Part shown: positions 31,657 through 40,815 of the stretch, in pieces
Numbering within the stretch: position 1 is the stretch's first letter
How the letters are laid out: each line of letters begins with the position of its first letter
From: Candidatus Altiarchaeota archaeon
GTDB lineage: Archaea; Altiarchaeota; Altiarchaeia; IMC4; SCGC-AAA252-I15
Direction: 5' to 3'
Length of the DNA: 64,000 nt
Assembly: GCA_043800255.1 (NCBI GenBank)
Contig: JAZDNF010000008.1
Location: forward strand, 64,001-128,000
Position numbers and translations under genes: made by a program
Notes under the pieces: model-generated
Database searches by the model: none
The model's input: only the letters and a program-made list of their open reading frames with translations
What the model was told of the DNA's origin: nothing

Positions 31657-32112
31657 CTATTTTCTGCGGGGGACATAGAGCGTCTCAGCCGAGTACATGT
31701 CGACTGTGAGGAACCTGTTCAGGCGCTCCAGCGCGTCGTTGTGTCTTCTTCTCTCCTCAGACGACTTCCACATGTCGTTGGACACTTTCATCATGTGCGA
31801 GTAGAGCGTTTTTATGCTGTCCTTGATCTTTTGGGCGTTGATGCCTGAGAGGCCCGCCCCCCTGCTGCATGAGTAGGCGAATGACTCCCACTCGTCATAG
31901 GAGAATGAGGATTTCGGCTCTAGCGTGTCCTTTATCACCATGTTAGCAACACGCCAATCGTAGCATGCGTTTATTTCGGCTTTGCTCAGGTTGCGTGACC
32001 CTCCGAGTGAAACGCACTCGAATGAGTCTTGCATGAGATTGTAGTAATTCCTTAGATTGACTGGGTTGATGCCTTTAGAACTTTGGAACTGTTTCATTAA
32101 GCTGCCCCGCAT
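31657..32112 (-). CDS. Hypothetical protein
   Basis: 151-aa ORF with ATG start filling the gap between genes. Confidence 0.55.
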   Translation of the reverse strand: MRGSLMKQFQSSKGINPVNLRNYYNLMQDSFECVSLGGSRNLSKAEINACYDWRVANMVIKDTLEPKSSFSYDEWESFAYSCSRGAGLSGINAQKIKDSIKTLYSHMMKVSNDMWKSSEERRRHNDALERLNRFLTVDMYSAETLYVPRRK

Positions 32113-32282
32113 ATTATAAGGGATTGGAAGGTAATAAACGCGTTATATTTGCATTTATTAACCCATCCTGCGTATACTACTCCTCAGTAGATAAAAGAGT
32201 ATAATTGATTTCGATAGTATTCGGCTGAAAATTGTCTTTTTTTCTACGTTATTAGCTTAAACAGCAAGAGGTGATATTTGAG

Positions 32283-32423
32283 ATGGCACAAGACCAGTTT
32301 GGCAGGGATCTGCACACTACCGTATGCTCTAAGTGCGGGAATGAAGCTCAGGTTCCATTCAAGCCCACAGAAGGCAAACCAGTTTACTGTCGCGACTGCT
32401 TCAGATCGAACAGGCGATTCTAG
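32283..32423 (+). CDS. CxxC-x17-CxxC zinc-ribbon protein, 46 aa (absent from the ORF track)
   Basis: MAQDQFGRDLHTTVCSKCGNEAQVPFKPTEGKPVYCRDCFRSNRRF, with GAGGTGA upstream. Confidence 0.88.
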   Translation: MAQDQFGRDLHTTVCSKCGNEAQVPFKPTEGKPVYCRDCFRSNRRF

Positions 32424-32527
32424 ACTAGGAAATCCCCGAAAAGGATTCCAGACTTCGAGGATTTCTATTCCTCGAACACTATTTTTTTATTCTATTATGT
32501 CTAACATTACTTTCAGATACTGTTCTT

Positions 32528-32623
32528 TCTTGGGGGATGCGGCCGACCTTTGGTCGGGCGCGTGTCGAACCTTTAGGTCGCCACATAGAACAACTTTCTT
32601 TCTTACAAGAAAGAAAGGGGTCT
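32528..32623 (-). other. Hairpin cluster in the tRNA-Ile2 trailer, bounded by a degenerate 3'-end copy
   Basis: CTTTCTTTCTT-GT-AAGAAAGAAAG (near-copy of the intron hairpin) and CGACC-AAA-GGTCG (shared with the Val trailer). Ends in GCCGCATCCCCCAAGA versus the tRNA end GCCGCAGGCCCAAGA. Confidence 0.65.
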
Positions 32624-32757
32624 TGGGCCTGCGGCGATTCGAACGCCGGACCACTCGATCTCTCCAACCTTCTTTCTTTTCGCGAACGTTTTCTTTCTTC
32701 CTAAGAAAGAAAAGGTTCTATGAGTCGAGCGCTCTGACCAGTCTGAGCTACAGGCCC
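32624..32757 (-). tRNA. tRNA with CAT anticodon, probably Ile2, with a 59-nt intron (32660-32718) at 37/38
   Basis: Acceptor GGGCCTG/CAGGCCC, anticodon stem CTCGA/TCGAG, T-loop TTCGAAT. The GGGCC start fits archaeal Ile2 better than initiator or elongator Met. Confidence 0.88.
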
Positions 32758-32908
32758 GTCTTTATTCTTTTTTTATTATTGGGCCATTAAGCGACCGATT
32801 GGGAGCGCATATGGCTCAACCGAGACATCCGTCTCGGTGAGCACGAAGACGAATGTCTTCGTTGCTCCTTTGGCCAGCCTTTAAAAAGGCTGTGAGCTAC
32901 AGGCCCGT
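32744..32908 (-). repeat. 16-bp direct repeat of the tRNA 5' end enclosing a hairpin-rich insert
   Basis: ACGGGCCTGTAGCTCA at 32908-32893 and 32759-32744. The insert starts CAGCCTTTTTAAAGGCTG-GCCAAAG. Confidence 0.88.
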
Positions 32909-32947
32909 TTTGTGGATATAGTATTTGGTGTTTAATAAAAAATACGG

Positions 32948-33160
32948 TCAGCCTTCGATTTTGAGGTTGTCTATCCATTGTCTGACGTCGTCTTCGGTGT
33001 CGCCTTTGGTGCGTTTCATCACCATCTTGTGGAGGTTTGAGAGGAAGTCGAGGTTGTATTCTTCGGCCAGAGGATGGGGGTCAGCGAGGAGGTACTCTGA
33101 GAGTTCTTGGTTTATCCGGTGGTAGAATCTTCTGATTTCTGTGGGGTGGGTTTTGTCCAT
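32948..33160 (-). CDS. Small hypothetical protein
   Basis: 70-aa ORF with ATG start in an intergenic gap. Confidence 0.5.
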   Translation of the reverse strand: MDKTHPTEIRRFYHRINQELSEYLLADPHPLAEEYNLDFLSNLHKMVMKRTKGDTEDDVRQWIDNLKIEG

Positions 33161-33204
33161 CTTATATTCTGTTTATCATTTTCTTTTCATTATAATATAA
33201 TGTC

Positions 33205-33657
33205 ATGGTTGAGGCTCAGAAGCCGATTCAGAAGGGGAGTGAGATGCCCAAGCCGAAGGAGCTTGGCAGGGTGGATGATCTCATCAGACGCTTGGGCGGG
33301 AGCCATTGGGAGGCTGTTAAGGCTATGAAATCGCTTGATGCCTTGGGTGATGAGGTTGTGCCGCAGCTTCTGGAGGCGGCATCCTCTGATAAGCCCACTG
33401 TTAGGGGCAATGCTATCGCAGTCTTAGGGTTGAAGAAGGATGGGAAGCATTTGAGTTTGTTTGAGGAGGCTCTTGAGGACGAGGGGGACTATGTTGTAAA
33501 GCAGGCCGTAGTCGCCGTGGAGAGGACGGCCGGCTTGGATGAGGCTGACAGGATTATCAGAAAACACTCTAAAGCTAAGACCATCTCAATGATGGACCGC
33601 CCTGAGAACGTCTCAAAAGACAACCCAGAATATGTCAGGACATTAGGGTCAAAATGA
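33205..33657 (+). CDS. HEAT-repeat protein
   Basis: VVPQLLEA...VRGNAIAVLG...ALEDE..VVKQAVVA repeat pattern. Confidence 0.75.
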   Translation: MVEAQKPIQKGSEMPKPKELGRVDDLIRRLGGSHWEAVKAMKSLDALGDEVVPQLLEAASSDKPTVRGNAIAVLGLKKDGKHLSLFEEALEDEGDYVVKQAVVAVERTAGLDEADRIIRKHSKAKTISMMDRPENVSKDNPEYVRTLGSK

Positions 33658-33773
33658 ACAAGACTGCCATACTCTCGCTTCTCATAATCTAGGTATATTG
33701 GACATACAGTACGAGTTCATAAAATCCTGCCTTTAGGACCGATTTATCCTCTGACAGCATAATATGTAATACT

Positions 33774-34301
33774 GTGAGAACCAAGGCGAAGGGTTTCTGC
33801 AGGGTATACGACCGCAAGCCAGTCGAATGCGAGGAGGCAGAGTGCCCCATTGCGGCGATAGAGCCTAAAGAGCTGGAAAAACCCGGCAGATGCAGGCTGG
33901 GATGCATAGAATGCTGCCTTGGCGTCAACGTGATCTATGACGAATCATCCAACACTTTTGTGCTAGACTCTGAGGGGAAAGGCCCATGCCAGCAGCTTGA
34001 GATAGAGAAGGGGCCAGAATGGCTGCTGGAAAAAGCAGCGTCCAGAGGAGTCTCTGATGTGGACGCATTCGATGTTGTGCTCTCTCGAGAGGAGAGGGCA
34101 GAGAGGGAGGCTAAACTCGGAAGAGCATTGTCCTCGCTAAACGAGAGTGACCGAGAGTTTATAGTGGACGTGTTCGGCCTTGGCGGGAAGAGAGCCAAAA
34201 GCTTGGAGGACATGTCAAAAGAGTCTGCAATCCCGCTTAAAGACCTGGAAAAGAGAAAAGAGAGTGTAGTAGGCGAGATGAGGAAGTTTTTCCCCAAATA
34301 G
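33774..34301 (+). CDS. Cys-rich N-terminal domain fused to a sigma70 region-4-like HTH
   Basis: Eight Cys in the first 75 aa; ALSSLNESDREFIVDVFGLGG..KSLEDMS resembles sigma region 4. Confidence 0.55.
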   Translation: MRTKAKGFCRVYDRKPVECEEAECPIAAIEPKELEKPGRCRLGCIECCLGVNVIYDESSNTFVLDSEGKGPCQQLEIEKGPEWLLEKAASRGVSDVDAFDVVLSREERAEREAKLGRALSSLNESDREFIVDVFGLGGKRAKSLEDMSKESAIPLKDLEKRKESVVGEMRKFFPK

Positions 34302-34378
34302 GGAGGATAACAAAACCCTTTAGCCGCGAATGTCACACTGCTCAAGGATAAATTTATGCCTATGCTAATATTGTGGAG

Positions 34379-35431
34379 ATGGACGTTTCCGTTATTGTTC
34401 CAACACTGAACGAGGAGGGGTATATCAGCGTCTGCCTGAAGTCCATAGCATCGCAGAACACTGACTTAGAATATGAGATCATAGTCTGCGACGGCGGGAG
34501 CGAGGACAGGACAACAGAGCTGGCTGGAGAATATGCCAAAGTTGTCGAATCGGATGCGCGGAGCGTCGGACTACAACGCAACCTCGGTGCTGACAACTCA
34601 AAAGGGAAGTACCTGCTCTTCGTTGACGCTGACACCATACTGCCTCCGGATTACATGGACAATGCTGTGAAGAAATTCGATGAAAACCCGGAACTTGTGG
34701 GTCTGAGCTCAAGCTTCAGGTTTTCTGAGCGAAACAGCAGATACGTATTCACGGAGAAGGCGACAAACGCATACCTCATGTTCAGGGACAGGATAGGCAC
34801 GCCAACACTGCCAGGCTTCAACATCCTCTTAACGAGGGAAGCATTGGATGAGGTCGGCGGCTTCAAGGACGTTCCCCTCGAGGACATCGACATGAGCAGG
34901 CGCCTTGCTAGGGTGGGGAAGACACGCTATTACACGGACTTCTATGTCATAACCTCAGCAAGAAGGCTTGAGGGTCTGGGACTGCTGGGGACGCTGAAGT
35001 ACTATCTTGAAATGGACCTGGCGCGCATGAACCCCGACCTGAAAAGGCTGCTGACGTATGACGAATACGTTTCATGCAGGATTGATTCCACAGCCCTGGT
35101 GGACGCCTTCGGAGAAGTCAGCAACCCCGTGACGCCAGCAGGAAGGCTGAACAAACCACTGAGGAATTACGCACTGGACAGGCTGACCGCATTAACGGAT
35201 AGCATGAGAGATGAACTAGATGAGAGCGAAGAGTGGGCTAAAAAAATGAGAAAACGCCTCATGGAGAAGGTCCTGGTCGTCTCAGATTCGATTGCCTACT
35301 TGGAGTCCAAGACCATAGACTCGGACATAATCGACAGCGCTCTGAAGCAGGTTGAGAAAAAACTCAGACGCAACGGGAATACAATGCGGAAAAGTGAGGG
35401 CATCCTAGAGGCTGCCCCCAAACAGGTTTAA
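34379..35431 (+). CDS. GT2 glycosyltransferase with a C-terminal helical extension
   Basis: SVIVPTLNEE, CDGGSED, FVDAD and LEDID motifs. Confidence 0.88.
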   Translation: MDVSVIVPTLNEEGYISVCLKSIASQNTDLEYEIIVCDGGSEDRTTELAGEYAKVVESDARSVGLQRNLGADNSKGKYLLFVDADTILPPDYMDNAVKKFDENPELVGLSSSFRFSERNSRYVFTEKATNAYLMFRDRIGTPTLPGFNILLTREALDEVGGFKDVPLEDIDMSRRLARVGKTRYYTDFYVITSARRLEGLGLLGTLKYYLEMDLARMNPDLKRLLTYDEYVSCRIDSTALVDAFGEVSNPVTPAGRLNKPLRNYALDRLTALTDSMRDELDESEEWAKKMRKRLMEKVLVVSDSIAYLESKTIDSDIIDSALKQVEKKLRRNGNTMRKSEGILEAAPKQV

Positions 35432-37602
35432 CTTTGGGAGAGGGGAATGCTTATAAGATTCCAGCCTGGGAGAAGTTGCATTTGTGCCCTTGCAGGGTGT
35501 ACTGTTATCGTACCGCTCATGCTGGGATAGTATTGGCAGTGGTAATTGATTGTTCCGGTGTTGTTGAACTGGAAGCTGAAGGACTCGCCCTGCTCAAGGT
35601 CTCCTGAGTCAAAAAGCGAACTGCTATCATCTACCAGACGATGTATCGGATACTCCCAGTTAGTCCAGTTTATGATGTCATAAGCCAGTATTATCCTGTC
35701 CTGGGGGTCGAACCTGCTGTCGGTCATATTGACATTCAACGTTTCTATGATAGTAGTCGTCGTTGACGTGGACGACGTGGTGCTGGTCGACGTCGTCGTC
35801 GACGAAATCAAAGTCGAAGTCGAGGTGGTGCTGGTTGAGGTGCTGGTTGAAGTTGAAGATGAAGTGCTGGTTGAAGTTGAAGATGTGGTGCTCGTTGAGG
35901 TGCTGGTCGAGCTCGTGGAACTGGTTGAACTTGATGAGGTGGTCGTAGTTGTAACCCCTGTGCAGACCGCATCGCCGCTGCATTCTCCGTCATTGCAGTT
36001 CAACAGTCCGTCCTGGTCGTTGTCTGCCGAGTCCGAACAGTAGGTCTCATTGCCACAATCTGCTGAGCATGCTTCCCCCACATCGCAGAAACCATCACCG
36101 CAACTGGAACTGACATCAAAATTGATATGCACGAAGTCAATATTCTGGTAGGTTATCGTGATGTTGGGGTAGTCAACCCAAGAGTCAGGGCTTGACCAAT
36201 TCCCGACCTCTGCGAGCCCCAGACCATTGTCCATAGCCTCCAAGAGATAATTGCGAGTGTGGTCCACATCTTCCCTCTGCGCTTCCCAGTACAGCAAGTC
36301 GGCCATGACGGAATCGGCTGACACCGCGTCAACTGCGAAAAAGAGCAGTTCAGGTGTTCCCTCTGACCCGAATCTCCTGGTCCACAGGGAGGGGGGATTA
36401 TAGTTACTACTAACACCGCCGATTATAGCATCGCCTAAAACGAGGATAGTCTTGTCCCGGATGTGAGTGTTGTTGTATATGTCGACGAGGCAGTTGTCTG
36501 TGCGGTTGAATCTGGCATTATGGAATGCTGTGCTGAAGGTAGTCCCCCCGTCGGGTCTTATAGAGCCAAAATGGTTTTTGAAGGCTAGCGTCGCCGACGG
36601 ATTCGGATAGGTACCATGCCGCTTTACAATCGGGATGTTTATCAGATAGTCGGCATTGACTAGCGCGTCATTTAAGGCTAATGTCAGGTTTGGATTATAC
36701 CTGAAGGTTATGTTCGAGTTGTGTGTGGCTCCGCTGAATGTTGTGAGGTTGACATTCGATGGTTTTCCGCTGGAGATTGCGCTGAAGAAGGTTATGTTAT
36801 AGGTTGAACGGTTTATGAATTCGCCAACGTAAAAGGTCTTGTACGACTCGTAGACCCAGACATCTTGGGCTGATATGTCAGAGCCAAAAGCCTCCAGCAG
36901 ACTTTTTACCAGAGAGTTCACAATCTCGATCAGCGCATCGATGTCCGGATCGCTGGCTAATGTCCCAGTCCACGATGCAACATTATTCATGTTCACCTTT
37001 ACTGCAATCTTCTGGTGGGCGGTGTAGTTTGGGATTAGGACATGCCATGCGTCTGTGACGTTAGCGGTTCCTGTCAACTCTGTCAGGCCTCTGTAGGTCA
37101 TCTCATCTATGACGGTCTGGTTTATCATAGTCCAATAGGGATCGCCTGTGCTGTTCCAGGTGCTCGCATCCCTGTTATGGACCACAACAACCCTGTGAGG
37201 TGAGGGGAGTGAAGACTGCGCTGGACTGAAGAGAGAGGAGCGGAGTACAGGCCTGGCCGCCAACTCAGCCCTCAGCGACTCCAACTCTGCCAACTCCCTC
37301 GAAATCAGAACCCTGTCATAGGCCTGGAAGACAGAGAACGCGAGCAATCCGACAACGGCGACAAACAGAACCGAACCGCATAGTCTGGTCCAGTTTAACT
37401 TTTCCCTGAAAAAGACGACAGCCTCCCGGAAGTAGAAGGACGGCACGGCAATGAAAAAGAGGTAGGAGTTGTACGCAGCAGCTTTCTGGCAGGGGTAGTT
37501 TATCCTCGAAGGCCTCCTCCCAGTTCTAAGCAGGAGCCAGAATAGGGAGAAGATACTGAAAAACAGGTAATTTTGTTTGAAACGCCGCCACAATCTTATC
37601 AT
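35428..37602 (-). CDS. DUF362-like exported protein with Cys-rich region, Ser/Thr linker and cupredoxin-like C-terminal domain
   Basis: LRTGRRPSRINYPCQ, KIAVKVN, INIPIVKRH and TLAFKNHFG motifs; T/S linker; C-terminal FDSGDL...YHCQYYPSMSGTITV. Confidence 0.75.
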   Translation of the reverse strand: MIRLWRRFKQNYLFFSIFSLFWLLLRTGRRPSRINYPCQKAAAYNSYLFFIAVPSFYFREAVVFFREKLNWTRLCGSVLFVAVVGLLAFSVFQAYDRVLISRELAELESLRAELAARPVLRSSLFSPAQSSLPSPHRVVVVHNRDASTWNSTGDPYWTMINQTVIDEMTYRGLTELTGTANVTDAWHVLIPNYTAHQKIAVKVNMNNVASWTGTLASDPDIDALIEIVNSLVKSLLEAFGSDISAQDVWVYESYKTFYVGEFINRSTYNITFFSAISSGKPSNVNLTTFSGATHNSNITFRYNPNLTLALNDALVNADYLINIPIVKRHGTYPNPSATLAFKNHFGSIRPDGGTTFSTAFHNARFNRTDNCLVDIYNNTHIRDKTILVLGDAIIGGVSSNYNPPSLWTRRFGSEGTPELLFFAVDAVSADSVMADLLYWEAQREDVDHTRNYLLEAMDNGLGLAEVGNWSSPDSWVDYPNITITYQNIDFVHINFDVSSSCGDGFCDVGEACSADCGNETYCSDSADNDQDGLLNCNDGECSGDAVCTGVTTTTTSSSSTSSTSSTSTSTSTTSSTSTSTSSSTSTSTSTSTTSTSTLISSTTTSTSTTSSTSTTTTIIETLNVNMTDSRFDPQDRIILAYDIINWTNWEYPIHRLVDDSSSLFDSGDLEQGESFSFQFNNTGTINYHCQYYPSMSGTITVHPARAQMQLLPGWNLISIPLSQS
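35750..35955 (-). repeat. Ser/Thr-coding low-complexity imperfect repeats (protein linker)
   Basis: Recurring GTGCTGGTTGA(A/G)GT units in frame within the CDS. Confidence 0.7.
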
Positions 37603-37634
37603 GATTAATAAATTATAAAACAGAATAAAGTATC

Positions 37635-38402
37635 ATGAGATATGGCAGGGCATATTCTGTTTGCATGGCTTTTGTTTTCGCATTCGTTATTCTTTCGGCT
37701 TTTTCCGCAGGACAGGCTAACAAGACGTCGGACGATAGGATAGAAAAGGCGGTCAATTATGCCATATCCGAGCTGACAAAAGGCGTTGAGCCGAAAGAGA
37801 TTGCTGACGCTCTGATAGACAGAGGTTACAGCAACCAGGAGATCAGACAGGTGCAGGAGAAAGCGAACGCGAAAATTCTGGAGATTAGAGCAGACCTCGG
37901 GCAGATAAACAAGGATGGAGTAGATATCGCATCAACCAGGGATTACCTGAGAGAACAGGGATTCACCGACGAGCAGATAGATGAGAGTATGAGATTCCTG
38001 AAGGAGAGGATGATGGCAGCCGAGGAGACGGTCAGCGCAGGCAAGACTGATGAGAGAACATCCGACAGCCTTCTCTCATGGGATTTGATACTGAATCTTA
38101 TCATAATACTGCTGCTGTTTTTCATAATCGTGCTCATCTTCTACGTCTACTGGAAGAGCAGGAGAGACTCCAGAAGAGAAGGGTCAGACGAGGACATGGA
38201 ATCTGAGCTGAAAAAGCTGACGGACGAGAAAAAAGAGCTTGAGGAGCTGATAAGCCTCGCCCAGAAAAAATACCACAAGAGGAAGATAGACGAGGAAAGC
38301 TTCAGGGAAATAGTAAGAGACCACCAGAAGAAGCTCATAGAAGTAGAATCAAAGATAAGCAAAATCGAGAAGAGGGTTAAAAAGCTCGAAGACAAGAGTT
38401 AA
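37635..38402 (+). CDS. Signal peptide plus single-TM protein with a cytoplasmic coiled coil
   Basis: N-terminal signal, TM helix at about aa 150-173 and a K/E-rich heptad tail. Confidence 0.7.
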   Translation: MRYGRAYSVCMAFVFAFVILSAFSAGQANKTSDDRIEKAVNYAISELTKGVEPKEIADALIDRGYSNQEIRQVQEKANAKILEIRADLGQINKDGVDIASTRDYLREQGFTDEQIDESMRFLKERMMAAEETVSAGKTDERTSDSLLSWDLILNLIIILLLFFIIVLIFYVYWKSRRDSRREGSDEDMESELKKLTDEKKELEELISLAQKKYHKRKIDEESFREIVRDHQKKLIEVESKISKIEKRVKKLEDKS

Positions 38403-38407
38403 TGCCC

Positions 38408-38851
38408 TCAGCCGAGCACCAACAGCTTCGAAACCCTTGAATTCTGCTTAAGCTTCAAGCCGGTGCCGCCAACATCCAATGGGAGGACATAATCGCCCTT
38501 CCATTCATGGACTACCAGCGTCGTGTGAGTGCTGCCTGACTTCAGAAGCCGCGGATGAGGCGACAGCAGGCCCAGACCGTCTATGGGCGCCACAGACTCA
38601 TTTAAAGTTATCAGATAGCGTCCCCCACCAAGATCCCACCAGCCGTGCTCTTCGCCCTTTTTCTTTGAAGGCGCGAGCTTCTCCCTTTTAGGTTCAATAT
38701 GCTCGCTTCCCCCGAAATCAAGCTGACCCCCGCCCGTAAGCCGGTACACTTCCTTCACGGTCAGGTCCACACTGTACCTGTGAACCTGCTTTTCCGAGGA
38801 GAGTATATTCTTCACGGAATCAGCCAAATCCTCGCCGGATATAAGTTCCAT
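38408..38851 (-). CDS. dCTP deaminase/dUTPase-like protein
   Basis: SVDLTV, GQLDFGGSE and WWDLGGGRYLITLNE patterns. Confidence 0.7.
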   Translation of the reverse strand: MELISGEDLADSVKNILSSEKQVHRYSVDLTVKEVYRLTGGGQLDFGGSEHIEPKREKLAPSKKKGEEHGWWDLGGGRYLITLNESVAPIDGLGLLSPHPRLLKSGSTHTTLVVHEWKGDYVLPLDVGGTGLKLKQNSRVSKLLVLG

Positions 38852-38865
38852 CAGCAACCACCTCC

Positions 38866-39501
38866 TTATTTATGATGTTCTGCTATAGCCTCATAAAGTT
38901 TATCGAAATTCCTATCCTGCAGCGCGGAAAGCTCGACCACAGGATACTCAGAGTAGACTTCCCTGATCGTCCTAGCATCGGCGTCGGGGAGGTCTGCCTT
39001 GTTCGCCACCAGTATGGCTGGGATGCTCTTAGACTCAAGAGCCCCGAGGATGAGAGAGTTCACAGGGTCCAGGGGATCCTCAGTGGAATCGAACACCAGG
39101 AGGGCGACGTCAATGTGGTCTAAAAGCTTCACGGCCATCTTCACGCCGTCTATGGCCTCCCTAACCCTAAGATTAGCCTCCTCATTGCTCATGTGCTTAA
39201 GAAAGGACTGGAAGTGCTTGCCCATCAGATCCCGCTTGTGCGATATGCCTGGAACGTCTATCAGGTCTATAGTAATCTCCTTGCCCTTGACCTTGATCTT
39301 GACTTCCTTGATCTGTTTGATCCTCCGCGTCTCATGCGGGAGGTCGGATACCTTTCCCAATTCTTTGCCAGTCCACTCCAGGCTTATCCTGTTCGCTAGA
39401 CTGGTTTTGCCTGCGTTGGGAATCCCGTAGATTGCCAGCCTGAAGCTTTTTTTGCGGCCGAATATCCGGTTAACCCACCTGAGAAAACGCCTCAAAGGCA
39501 T
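38866..39501 (-). CDS. Archaeal Era-like GTP-binding protein
   Basis: GIPNAGKT, PHETRR, DVPG, NKAD and SAL motifs. Confidence 0.85.
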   Translation of the reverse strand: MPLRRFLRWVNRIFGRKKSFRLAIYGIPNAGKTSLANRISLEWTGKELGKVSDLPHETRRIKQIKEVKIKVKGKEITIDLIDVPGISHKRDLMGKHFQSFLKHMSNEEANLRVREAIDGVKMAVKLLDHIDVALLVFDSTEDPLDPVNSLILGALESKSIPAILVANKADLPDADARTIREVYSEYPVVELSALQDRNFDKLYEAIAEHHK

Positions 39502-39554
39502 GTTATTGATTGTGACTAGGATATAATAAACCTGCCCGCCCCTAATTTAAACTG

Positions 39555-40247
39555 ATGGCTGTGAATGAGAAAAGGGGAGTGTCTGCAAAATCTTTCAGGG
39601 TTCTCACCGAGAAAGAGGTCGAAGCCAGACGGAAGGCTCTGACGAAAAACCTTCCATCACAGACTCTTATAGGGACTGGCGGCAGCCAGCTGAGTGAGAT
39701 AAAAACCATGCGAACAGGGGAGAGACTCTTCATGCAATATGAGAGCCTGCCGCCTGAGGAGCAGAGAACCCATGAGAAGTGCATGAGAGACGCCATCAAG
39801 GTGACTCTGGAGGGCATCGAAGAAGGGAACACGCCGTTCGGCGCCGTAATAATCAGCCCAGAGGGGAAGACAGTCAGCAGAAGCCATAATACCGTCTGGC
39901 AGCCGCCTGTGGACCCGACAAGGCACGCCGAGAATAATGCCATAAACGAGGCCTTCAAAACCCTTAACCTGAAGAACCCAAAACTCGAAGGACACACGCT
40001 GTACACCACCTGCGAGCCCTGCCCGATGTGCCTGTCGGCAGCCCACTGGGCTGGCATAGGAACAGTAGTCTTCGGCGCAAGGATAGGTGACGCGCAGAAG
40101 GCCGGCTTCACCGAACTAACAATATCGGCGGAGGATATGATAAGACTGGGCGGCAGCCAGATGAAGGTGGTTGAAGGCGTCCTCGAAGGCGAATGCAGAC
40201 AACTCTTCGACATCTGGAAGAGGAAGGGAAAAAGCGGAGTCTACTGA
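39555..40247 (+). CDS. Nucleoside/guanine deaminase (CDA fold) with N-terminal extension
   Basis: PFGAVI, HAE and CEPCPMC motifs. Confidence 0.85.
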   Translation: MAVNEKRGVSAKSFRVLTEKEVEARRKALTKNLPSQTLIGTGGSQLSEIKTMRTGERLFMQYESLPPEEQRTHEKCMRDAIKVTLEGIEEGNTPFGAVIISPEGKTVSRSHNTVWQPPVDPTRHAENNAINEAFKTLNLKNPKLEGHTLYTTCEPCPMCLSAAHWAGIGTVVFGARIGDAQKAGFTELTISAEDMIRLGGSQMKVVEGVLEGECRQLFDIWKRKGKSGVY

Positions 40248-40783
40248 ACGAACTCTTCTATCGCATAAACTATGCCGTTTATTATCAGGCTGCTGCTCTC
40301 CGACTTTACGCTGATATTCTTCAGTTTTTTCCCGTCTGAGAAGTAATCCGAGCTGAAAGCATGCCTGAGAAAGTGAACTGCGGATGAAGGGACCGGACCG
40401 AGTTCGACAGAGTGTGAGCCTGACTCAACGCCGACGGAATCGGGAAAGCTCCCGCAGTAGAACAATAGTGTCGCAGGCTTTCCCTCCAGCTTCCTGAAGT
40501 CGCTTTCAGGGATGCCGAGTACCGGGTCGAACTCGTATTTGACTCCTTCAACGATGTCAAGCAACTGTATGATAACATCCGGCATGTTCTCAGACGTCAG
40601 GTCCGACTTCAGCAGGTCAACATGAGACTTGGCCTCCGCCACCGTACTAACTTCGACACCGGAGAATAGGCGAACGACTGGGAGAGGTTTCGGCAGGGTG
40701 TCAACGGTGCCAGCCTCCCCGGCGAGGCGGATTTTGATCCTCGTCAGACTGAACAGCTTCTTCACGTTCTTCGAGTGCCGCAT
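40241..40783 (-). CDS. Hypothetical protein
   Basis: ORF filling the gap between genes; ATG at 40783 avoids overlap with the divergent rnhC. Confidence 0.55.
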   Translation of the reverse strand: MRHSKNVKKLFSLTRIKIRLAGEAGTVDTLPKPLPVVRLFSGVEVSTVAEAKSHVDLLKSDLTSENMPDVIIQLLDIVEGVKYEFDPVLGIPESDFRKLEGKPATLLFYCGSFPDSVGVESGSHSVELGPVPSSAVHFLRHAFSSDYFSDGKKLKNISVKSESSSLIINGIVYAIEEFVQ

Positions 40784-40815
40784 ATTATTAGAATAGCGCT
40801 TCAAAGTATTATCCA

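Noticed and set aside
35750-35955. Repetitive stretch as a possible CRISPR array
   Set aside because: In-frame Ser/Thr linker codons with no unique spacers; no cas genes or arrays are seen in the window.
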